Part shown: one piece after another, positions 53,201-64,000 of the stretch | How positions within the stretch are numbered: position 1 is the first letter of the stretch | Layout of the letters: each line of letters begins with the position of its first letter | Source of the DNA: Trichoplax sp. H2 | Lineage: Eukaryota | NCBI GenBank assembly: GCA_003344405.1 | Contig: NOWV01000135.1 | Location: 62,001-126,000 of the forward strand | Reading direction: 5' to 3' | DNA length: 64,000 nt | Made by a program: the position numbers and the translations under genes | The notes under the pieces: model-generated | Told to the model about the DNA's origin: nothing | The model's database searches: none | Seen by the model: only the letters and a program-made list of their open reading frames with translations

Positions 53201-54526
53201 ATTGATAGAAGAAGTAGGATCATTTTTTTGTAAATGGAAAGGCATATCTTTGCTATTGGAATCCATTGTAGGTAAAGAATCTTTCATTTCTTTTTGCGAT
53301 TCCAATAAAGACGATAATGATACACCAACAGGGCCACTACTACGTCGTGTCGGTGGTGGCGATATACCCGATTGGCTTGATGTAGTCGTGGATAATTGAC
53401 TAGTTTTATAGTTACGAAGTCGATCGGGCGATTTTTGATATCTTAAATGATCATGATGTTGATCTTCGTTGACTCTATTTAAATTGCTACCTTCTGAAGC
53501 GGATAATGCTTTGGTTAAAGGTGGATGAATTGCTCTTGCGGTCGTTTTACGCGAATTCTTTTCAGCTTCTTGGTGGAAATACGATTCGACAAAATTTAAT
53601 TGATTGGTTTTATTCTCCACTTGATTATTATTAGGATGATTGTTGGTATTGGCTGGCGAATGATCCGCATTTGCAGTTGTAGTAGTATGAGTAGTAGTAA
53701 TAGTGGTAGTGGTAGTCGTTGTTCCATTAGAATCATCAATTGCTTTTAGCGGTGGCGATTGTTGTGATGGCTCATCGCAATTTAATGGACGCGTATGCTG
53801 CTGCTGCTGGCGATTACTATTGTCATGGACTATATCGTCTGCTGACTTTGTAAAATGTAAAACAGGTACATAATTATTACTTTGTTCACGCTTTAAATAG
53901 CGAAAAAAAGGTTCTCGTTCATCTTTTCGACCAGTAGTTGTCGTCTGTTGATGATGATCATTAGCGCTAGTATTGGTCAATCCTTGCGATGTTGAAATTA
54001 TTTTACTGGGTAAATCAGGATAACTGATTGATGATGATTGTTGTTGCATGGGATGACTGGTTAACTTGTTATCGATTTGATCTTCTCCTACAATCGTTTT
54101 CAATTCTCCTTTGATTTGTGTTGATGTGGGCAATTGAAAAATTAATTCATCCTCTTCGGATTCAGAAAATGAAGCCAACGGTGTTGCTTCAATAGAAATA
54201 GCATCACGTTTAACCGATGATGTATCATGATTGGATAGTGATTTAGGTCGATTGCGTTTCTGTTGATCGCTTGTGGAAGACATTACTTTGTCGCTTTGTT
54301 GTTGTTGTTGAGGAAGAGAGGTATCGGAGAATAGATTTGGATGACTTTTCTCCAATTGATTTTGATTCTCTTGGTTGATTCCATCCAATTTATAATGATC
54401 GATGATTGTTTTCTTCTCGTCTGTGTTAAGATCGCTTTTCTGCAAGGATAAATGGCGATTAGATGAAGGTGATCGAAAAGCCGGTGGTGGAGGACGCGGT
54501 GGTTTGGCACTATTTTGAAGTGACAT
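50244..54526 (-). CDS. TEX2: Testis-expressed protein 2 / Nvj2-like SMP-domain ER contact-site lipid transfer protein, 4 coding exons
   Basis: Exons 54526-52826, 52193-50833, 50539-50420 and 50324-50244. A disordered N-terminus and TM hairpin precede a PH-like region (YARLDGSVLRLSKP, LWSKKYPICI, FYLFATTSHDKEYWF) and an SMP domain (WLNALLGRAFFDF, GLWIDLDVSYHGSFTIALET, LNIPPPPSDRLWYGFR, DWIEKKL, VLPHM). Confidence 0.95.
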
Positions 54527-55774
54527 TTTCTCCCCTTGGTGTATTGTTGTACAGGAAGATTAACGTTTGAAAGGAATTTTTTTGTTGTTGTCTGATCCTT
54601 TCCCTTCTTTCTTTCTCTCTTCCTCTCTCTCTCCAATTTTAAAATGATACTCTCTACACCTAATCCAAGCAGCAGTGATAATCGTCTCTATTTCTTAAGT
54701 AAAAGGAGCAATGAGCAGTCGTCCACCAAACAAGGCCTGACAAAATATTGTTTTTCTTTCCGTCAATGGACTCTGTCCTCCAATCTTATTATGTCACAAC
54801 CATCTTGAAAGCAGGAAATTCACTCCCATCATACCCTAGCCCTACTCATATGGCGTTCTTCATCTTGCTCACTAGGAAAGCGATTATAACAGCGTTGAAT
54901 TGCAAAGGAACAAGAAGCAATTTGCTATTTGCACAGCCAATCTGGCAGATTACTAGGTTAAAAGTGTTGTGTGAATTAGTTAAAAGGTGGTGGCCAGCTT
55001 GCCAACCAATGCCTTCAATATGGCCCAATCGAGTGAACTTACTCAGTCAGTACTGATTATATCAGTCTAAAGCTGTAAGGATAGAATACGATTGTCGAAA
55101 TGACTGAGAGGATGGGATAGCTTGGCTCAACGCCAGCCATCCAATTCAAGCTATTTGACTCGTGTCGTAGGTGGGTTATGAGACAGTAAACTCTCCTACG
55201 ATAAGACTATCAACGGTATCTAATACCAGTCCACAACCCATAGTAGAATATACTTTCAACGCGTCACAACACGATCCAGTATGAGCTCGCGTCGCTTGTA
55301 GTCAAAATGGCGAAGCTAGACAAGCTGCAGACAAATCTCATATAAACTCTCTACACGATGTCGTTTAAATTGCTGGTGTATGGGCCGTAGAGAAAATAGG
55401 AAAAGAAGCCATCTAGACTTTTACCACATGGGTCTATTGGCCACGCTAACAAAGCTAAAATGGCAGCATATGGACATCGCGCAAATCCGATAGCAACGGC
55501 TGGATGAATCATCGTTGAAAGCAAGCGCTTTATCGACTATGGCAAGCAAGACAACCGACGGAGATCCACATGTTTTCCAGTTGTTTTTCGTCCATTAACC
55601 TTTCAAAATAAGCCTACTGCTATACCATACAGTTCCTTGAGCTCAGTGACATATTCTATCCTAGTGGATAGCTTGGTTGATGAGTTTGCAGCACCTCATC
55701 TTAGATCCTCTTTTAGGAAGGCCAGCCAACAGACGAATCGACTACATCGTCTTCTACCATGACAGGAGCAACAG

Positions 55775-56900
55775 CGACTACCTCCTGACAGAAAACTGCT
55801 CATTTTTACAGCAAAGACGACTACCTAAACTATCGCTCATGTCAGATTATAAGATTATCCTGGAAGAATTTACAACAATCAATCGTTACCACAAGAAAAT
55901 GCTCCATGAATATACAGAATATGGCATCAATACAGCATTTTCAAAATGCTGTACACGAGCACCAGCCCTGAATCAGGGGCTACCTCCTGCATAAAACGGC
56001 TCGCTTTTACAGCAAAAACTGCTCCATAAACTATCACTTACTCATGTCAGATTAGAAGATTGCCCAGGAATAATTTACAACAATCGTTACGAGAAGAAAA
56101 ATCCTGCATAGATATACAAAATATTCCATCGATACTGTACGCTGCCCAGTATACAGAATATTGCATTAGTGTAATGCATTTTCATGCATTTTCATGAAAA
56201 TGCATTATTCTAGCACCAGCCCTGAATCAGGGGCTACCTCCTCACGGAAAACTGCTCACTTTTACAGCAAAGACTGCTACATAAACTATCGCTCATGTCA
56301 GATTATAAGATTGTCCAGCAACAATCAATCGTTGCGAGAACAAATTGCTGCATAGATATACAGAATATTGCATTAATACAGTATTTTCAAAATGTATCAC
56401 AGTAGCACCAGCCTTGAATCAGGGAATACAGAGAGCAAAGACTGCTAACTAAACTATTGCTCATGTCAGATTATAAGATTATCCTGAAAGAATTTGCAAC
56501 AATCAATCGTTGCGAGAACAAATTGCTCCATATATATACAGAATATTGCATTAATACAGCATTTTCAAAATGCATCACAGTAGCACCAACCCTGAATCAG
56601 GGAATACAGAGAGCAAAGACTGCTAACTAAACTATTGCTCATGTCAGATTATAAGATTATCCTGAAAGAATTTGCAACAATCAATTGTTGCGAGAACAAA
56701 ATGCTGCATATATATACAGAATATTGCATTAATACAGCATTTTCAAAATGCATCACAGTAGCACCAACCCTGAATCAGGGACTACCTCCTCACAGAAAAC
56801 TACTTGTTTTTACAGCAAAGACTGCTACCTAAACTATCGCTCATGTCAGGTTATAAGGTTATCCAGGAAGGATTTGCAACAATCCATCGTTACGAGAGGA
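55775..56900. repeat. Tandem array, ~6 copies of a ~170-250-bp unit
   Basis: ctcatgtcagattataagatt anchors at ~55836, 56041, 56292, 56460, 56638 and 56840. Most units carry agcacca.ccctgaatcaggg. Confidence 0.93.
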
Positions 56901-57696
56901 AAATACTCCAAAGTAGAAGGAAGAGTTCATTCTGTAGACTTGCAACACAACAGCTTATGCAGAATCGATTTGGACTTGCATGATTGAACTTTCACACAAA
57001 CATTTTTTGCCATGACAAAGAATCAAGCTAGCCCTACCAGATAGCATAGGTAGTGGCCCTAACTATTGAAAAATAGTATTAGAATAAATGGATACTATTT
57101 TTCATCCATGATTGCAAGGAATACTAGAGACACCATCGACAATTCTACCTAGAGTAGTCCATGTATAATATCTAACTACGTTGCAAAACGAAGTGGATGG
57201 CATCTATAGTAAATAGACTCATACTACCCAAAGTGTACTTTGTGTCCGTTACTTTTCTATGGAGAACTGCAATACAAAACCATCGGAAAGTTCAGGATTT
57301 CAGCTTGAAGTCAGTAGCTGATGACAGCCTCTCTAGCCCATAGTAATCCAATACTCAATCCAATCTGTACAGTAGTGTATGAATTGATCATGCTCCACCG
57401 AGTTAAATCGCTCAACTCGATCCGCCATTACCATGTCCAATCTTGGCCTGTTAAAAGATCGAATTGTGTATGGCAAAGATAGTGTAACCTATCAGAATTT
57501 ACGCCAAATTAAAACTCTGTAAGTAGATGGTAGAATTTCCCCTTCAAAATCTCTTCCATACTGTACAAATGATGACTGAGTCCAGGCTAAATTGATGAAA
57601 GTGAGGCAAGAGGAACGAACGGTCTGCGTTCAAGGCTAACCACCTTGCAAGCTAAACTTTTCATTCAAGTTGTCATCCATTCTTGTTCTAGACTAC

Positions 57697-59370
57697 CATA
57701 GCCATCACCATACTAATGTACCTATCCAAGCCAACATCAACATAAGCATATATACTTCATCTTATTCCATCCATCATCGTTCTAGTTGTCCAGCTGCTTT
57801 GGATTGATTCATACCGTTGTACACAGTATGCTGTACAGCTAAAAATAGNNNNNNNNNNNNNNNNNNNNTTCTTGCTTGTGCTGTGGAGTGCAACTGTACG
57901 CCTACAAATGTTTCCAACCATGGCTATCCACTCGTGAATTCGGTCTGCTGTCCAACATCCATTCGTCCACCTACCCCAATCAAATGATGATAGTTTAAAA
58001 GTATACCTGGAGAGCCCTTTCAGCAAAGGATATTCATTCTTTCTGCCCGCTACTGCTATTGCTAATCCTCCATCCATAAATGCTTACTGCTATCTCGGCC
58101 ATGTGTCCTAACTACACTTTATTCGTACTGTTGATCATTGACTAGTCAATGCTCCAATATCCTACCTATGCTGTACTGCTAGTTATAAAGTATACCTGTA
58201 GAGCGTTTCAGCAAAGGATATAAATTCTTTCTGCTCGCTGAGTACTGTTAATCGTTTACTCGTCAAGGTTCCTGTATCTTACGATGCAGCACTACTAGTT
58301 CTAATCGTCCACCTACAGTATCAATCCTTTCTGCTACTGCTTAGCTAGAATGACCATGTAAACGCTTCTTCTACCCTTACTGTGAATCGGTCAATGCTCC
58401 CCTATCTGTGATACNNNNNNNNNNNNNNNNNNNNCCATAGCCATCACCATACTAATGTACCTATCCAAGCCAACATCAACATAAGCATATATACTTCATC
58501 TTATTCCATCCATCATCGTTCTAGTTGTCCAGCTGCTTTGGATTGATTCATACCGTTGTACACAGTATGCTGTACAGCTAAAAATAGGGACACGATCAAG
58601 TTACTTGTATATGTTTCGTGTACATATTAAAATGAAGGTGCAAGACTATCCACAAAGTATCCCTGATAACTCTGTGATAACGAGAGATGAACAAATTTTA
58701 ACCATCCACTTTTAAATGCACATCAATTTGTTTCATACTCTTGTAAAATGTTTCTTGCTTGTGCTGTGGAGTGCAACTGTACGCCTACAAATGTTTCCAA
58801 CCATGGCTATCCACTCGTGAATTCGGTCTGCTGTCCAACATCCATTCGTCCACCTGCCCCAATCAAATGATGATAGTTTAAAAGTATACCTGGAGAGCCC
58901 TTTCAGCAAAGGATATTCATTCTTTCTGCCCGCTACTGCTATTGCTAATCCTCCATCCATAAATGCTTACTGCTATCTCGGCCATGTGTCCTAACTACAC
59001 TTTATTCGTACTGTTGATCATTGACTAGTCAATGCTCCAATATCCTACCGATGCTGTACTGCTAGTTATAAAGTATACCTGTAAAGCGTTTTCAGCAAAG
59101 GATATCAATTCTTTCTGCCCGCTACTGCTATTGCTAATCCTCCATCTGTAAATGCTTGCTGCTATCTCGGCCATGTATCCTAAGTACACCTCATGAGTAC
59201 TGCTAATCGTTTACTCGTCAAGGTTCCTGTATCTTACGATGCAGCACTACTAGTTCTAATCGTCCACCTACAGTATCAATCCTTTCTGCTACTGCTTAGC
59301 TAGAATGACCATGTAAACGCTTCTTCTACCCTTACTGTGAATCGGTCAATGCTCCCCTATCTGTGATACA
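57697..59370. repeat. Near-identical ~0.9-kb direct duplication spanning two 20-N assembly gaps
   Basis: 57697-58414 matches 58435-59370. N runs are at 57849-57868 and 58415-58434. The duplicated ORF MDGGLAIAVAGRKNEYP appears twice in the ORF track. Confidence 0.9.
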
Positions 59371-59742
59371 AGTCTTCAAAATAATAAACAAGAAATACAA
59401 TTTCTTGCAAACTTCACTTTATCACCTAAATTAGCTTCATCTTACTACTACCAAAGACTAACTACAGTCCAAGCTGCAATCAGACTAACTCAATTTACGA
59501 CAGTAAAATTCATCATTTCTATTACACGAACTATCACTTACAGATTAATTCTTTATTCTTACAATCAAACGTCCAATTCATCTATTTTTCGTACAATCCT
59601 ATCATTTTAATCTCAAGCTAATTTAGGGGGCTACACTACACTGTCCTATATTGCTCAATGTACACCTATTTTATACAATCCTTCCTACTATTGCCATCCA
59701 TTGCATCAATTTATCATTGTAAAAATTCCATTCTCGCCTGAC

Positions 59743-60180
59743 ATGGATTATACGCGTAGACTGATCGTGCTTGATGTTTTTCTTAGTGCACGTATTGCTT
59801 GCGCCGATGAAGATATAAAATTACGCAATTGTATCAAAAATTCCTGGTTCGGTCGATGCTCGGAGGAAAGCGAAGAATTTCAAACTTGCTACCAATCCTA
59901 CATGGTAAGTTGTTTAATGAAAAGTATTGATAGTAAAATTGAGATAGATGCGCTACCACAATATTGATGAATATCATGTATTGAATTGCAATGATATTCG
60001 ATATCTCGACAATGTGCAGAGCAGTTATACTACTGGATACCCCTCAAGGTACCCACTGCCTGTATTTCAATTACTACATAGCAGTGAACAATCTGTATTG
60101 CATATCTATATTTTTACTAGGAAAAGCTGAAATTAGTTTTGGAGAAGAACGAAAAGTTAAAAATCCAAGATATACAATAA
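59743..60180 (+). CDS. Small twin-CX9C (CHCH / CMC-like) mitochondrial intermembrane-space protein, 2 exons, ~73 aa
   Basis: Exon 59743-59904 reads MDYTRRLIVLDVFLSARIA-C-ADEDIKLRN-C-IKNSWFGR-C-SEESEEFQT-C-YQSYM with a gtaagt donor. Exon 60121-60180 reads EKLKLVLEKNEKLKIQDIQ*. There are two exact CX9C motifs. Confidence 0.7.
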
Positions 60181-61414
60181 ATGACGTACGCTCAAATCAT
60201 CATCAATCCTTTTTTTAACCTCTGCGCCCAGAAATATCCAAACGCTACAAGATCATGCCAGAGATTCTGTAAGATACTCATCCATTTTAAATCACTCTGT
60301 CAATATTGTATTATTTAAATTCAAGATACACTTCAATACATAACCTATATAAACTGTAGCTAAAAAAATTGATGATTGGAACTCAAAAAGAGAATACCAA
60401 ATAACTCTTTTATTTTCAACTTTATAGTCTTGTTAAGCAGTTAGTATTAACCGAATGACCGCCCCTGTAATGGTAGCAATTTGTTACCTACGGCTACATC
60501 TGTTACTATTTAATACTCTATTGGATTACATGTAAATGATAAAGAAAGGCATCTAGATTACTAATGAATAAACTAAGCACCCTACAAGTGTTTTCGCAAA
60601 ATCAACTTTAATAATCATGATATTCTTTCAATTATCTATTTGGTAATACTTTAACGATACAGATATTGAATATAAATCATTTTTTAATGGGTCAATGCTC
60701 TGTAATGTTACCCTTTAGTTATACTATTATGCCTAATTTATCGGCTAATTAGTTATACACTTTGTCAATTAAACTTGGACATAATAAGACATTAAAAGAC
60801 AAGTTACTGACATTGGCTATATTGCATAAATCAAAGTAGAACTACACACCAAGATAATTGTTGATATAGAACAACAAGTCGTTCACACCATACATGAATG
60901 GCAACGGCTTTAATATAAATATCTACCTACAGTTATAGTACTGTATGGTCAATCGTAGTCTAAAAAATTGATCAAATGAATGCATGGTAAAGATGAATCA
61001 AGCTAATAAGAAAATAATCATCGACAATTACTTAGTTACGAATAACTTTTTTCAGTGTAATATAATACAATTACGAGTACTTTAATTATCAATAGTGAAG
61101 CGATAACACCCCAATATATGCTCGTAGCTTTTATATGTGCACTCTCCAGAATTGCAATCAATATCACATATCCATTTTACACAATCTAAAAACAGATATC
61201 GTACTTAAAGCTGATCAATATCATGGTTAACTGTGATTAATTTCGATAGATGTTGAAGAAATGAAGCAGCTCTCGCACTCGAAAGCGTTAATTTTTATGA
61301 ACATGTTAGTATCACAACGGTCAATTAATGAACAATACTTTTTAATATTAGCTGGCTATGCTGAAATATGGAAATACGCCTATGTACATAATTAGGATAC
61401 TCATATACAGTAAT

Positions 61415-63923
61415 TTACACGTATCCGTCATCTTGTGATACTAAACTAACATCTTCTAGGACATTTTCGTTCTCGTCGTATACATCGTCATCTTCCTCGT
61501 CCATTTCTGTATCTTCTGCAGCATTTTGTAAAAAGTCAAGTAGGAATCGTTTATCCGTTCGTTCCTAAACAAATTTCAAAATTAAATTCGTATACCTTCT
61601 ATACCAGCTGATGAATGCATATAATCCTATCTGCTTAAAATACTTTAACGTCATTATCACTGCCAGATCGATGGCTTACAAAAGCTAATGGCAAATTATA
61701 TCATCTGGCATTGGCAGTATTATGTTATTATCAATATTATTACCGTTTCCAATTGCCTATTTAGAACTCGAATCATTCCTTTACGAGCTCTTGCAGTCGT
61801 TCGGAAATAGTAGATAAACAACCTAAACATGACAAAATATCCAATTTGAAAATGATACTCAATGGTAGTTTCGTTCATTAAAAAAGACGGCACTTAAAAT
61901 ATTTTTCAGTACTTTTAACAGCTTAATTAACATAATAAAATCATAGACTATCTAGGGGGATTTAATTTCATTTTGGGTATATTCTTATTCCGTGTCGATA
62001 ACTTACGCTAGCAACGCTATTATACCAAGTATTAGCCATGTCGAGGTCAAATAAGAAAGTATCTCTTTACTTGCAGGTGGTGCTTTAGCAACAAGCTCAG
62101 ATACTATTGTATACATACGGACTTTTCCTCTATAAAAATACAAACGCTATTTAGCTAATTACTTCATAATATTACTATCTATCATGATTACAGTATTATA
62201 AATTAAAATCGCCAGATATAGCACTATTTTAAAGTAGCTGCAATCACTGATTACTCCAGCTGCAGCCCTGCAATATTGTACAAATTAATGGACTGAATCA
62301 ATTCTCGATATCTACAGTATATGTGTATATCTTCTTTACATCTTGCTCAGTGCTCAATATTACTATTATACAGTACTAAACGAAGTTCTATATACAAGCA
62401 TGAGTAAGTATGTACCTGAATGGCCCACATTCTATCGATGGTCGAACCCTAACGCAGTAAATTAATAACTTTAATCGCAAAGCGGTAGAAAAATATTCCC
62501 AAAATACTGCATAACTAGCTCAACTTACATGATTACGCACACCACGATAAATGACAATGAAATCATGTACGTTACAAAAAGTAGAAAACTAAATAAGACA
62601 TTATTCTTGGCTGTTCGGTAAGGTCTAATTGATGGGCGGCAGTTATTGATTAAGCTTATCTATAATAGCAAATTTTAATTCAATCAACCAGTAAAATGAT
62701 AACATCAGCAAAAAAAGCTTATTACGAAGTTAAAACAGTTTGCAAAAATTTCTGATTATGTTGTGGTTATGCTATGACAAAAGTTATCATGCTTGAAACA
62801 ATAATATCGTAAATAATTATAATTGATGTTATTCTTTAAAATTTAAAAGATCCATAAATAATCCAATTAATTAATATCATACCTTTCTGATGTAAAATAG
62901 TAAGATTAATTTAACCACAGCATACACAGCTAACATAGGAGCGTAAAATGTTCCAATCCTATAGAACGCAATAAATGTATCATATAAATATAGAGAGCTG
63001 GTATAAATTTTTGCAAGAAATACTCACCAACACAACGCCTGAGAGTAAACTAATTCAAGAACATTATAAGCAACGTTAAACTCTGGTTTGCCAAGAATTT
63101 GGCAACATGGTAGATATTGACCTATAATTCTAATTAAAAAATTGCATGTAAAATATTAATTCTGGATAAAAACAAAGAAAATTATAATAATTCACCAAAA
63201 ATTAGCTTTAAAATCGTTTATTCTTCAGGTTATATTCAATTACGTTTAATCAAAATGTTGACGGTTCAAATTTAATTTAAATTTTATCCATATACGTGTA
63301 TACTAGTTGGTAGGATGATAAAAGTGTTGTATTAAATTGTACTGACTAAACTAATTTATCTAAAATTCGCATATACTGTAGTATTCTACAAGCTACATTC
63401 GATTATATTCATCCGAGTGTTCAGAGTTTAAATTTTAATCTAATTTTGAAGTTTATAAGCATAAAATTAGTATAAAACTAGTACGGTATTAAATTCTGTT
63501 AATTAGAGTAATTTGACTAAAATTTATCAGAAATTGCTTATTCAAAAGGTTATGTTCCTTCACGCTCTAATTTAATTTTAGATTATATCCATACAAGATT
63601 GCTAGTGGGATGATAATTATTGTACTAAATTACATTGATGATACATTTTGTCAGTAATGATCAATATGTAGAGTTATTTTCTACAATTCAATTAAATTGA
63701 TCCTATAATATATCCTAATTCATATTTATATATATGTTCTTTTCTACCGTATAAATGAGATTGTAAAGGAACTACCGGAACATACAATTGCATAAATTAA
63801 TATTTTTAATTAACCTAGTATTTACCTTCTTAAGAATTCTTTGAAGAAAGGATTTAGCATTAAAAAGACGAAATCGATTAATATTAATCTGTAGAATTCC
63901 TGGCCTAATACAGTCTCCCAACA
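61415..63923 (-). CDS. Transmembrane channel-like (TMC) protein, 3' exons; 5' part lies beyond the window
   Basis: TMC signature CWETVLGQEFYRL (63923-63826), then KPEFNVAYNVLELVYSQALCWIGTFYAPML, NCRPSIRPYRT, VRPSIECGPFRG and ERTDKRFLL. An acidic tail ends at the stop at 61415-61417. Confidence 0.93.
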
Positions 63924-64000
63924 CTACATAAAGAGAGAATCAGAAATAATTTAGTTTCACATATTGTAACGGCTTCTCTATTTAGAAGTAATATCCATCT

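Overview
AT-rich eukaryotic (animal) genomic DNA with compact genes and many short GT-AG introns. The style is consistent with an early-branching metazoan such as a placozoan; this is an inference, not proven. Genes reconstructed by hand, left to right: CCT5 (-); RNPS1 (+), divergent from CCT5; ALYREF/THOC4 (-); TTC30/IFT70 (-), with an RFX X-box upstream; EEF2KMT/FAM86 (+); IRE1/ERN1 (-); a GW182/TNRC6 orthologue (+); TEX2 (-); a small twin-CX9C mitochondrial-type protein (+); and the 3' part of a TMC channel gene (-) running off the right end. A box H/ACA snoRNA candidate lies in a CCT5 intron. Intergenic regions hold several minisatellites, dense CAGTA/TACTG palindromic arrays, and a duplication around two N gaps. 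Three observations stand out. (1) The GW182 keeps its UBA, Q-rich, PAM2, Trp-motif and RRM modules but appears to lack the N-terminal GW/WG Argonaute-binding domain. (2) The snoRNA pocket matches the 18S site guided by human SNORA15, which is itself hosted by a CCT gene. (3) The gene neighbourhood mirrors the human 16p/17q paralogous regions. Exon boundaries were read manually and may be off by a few bases.
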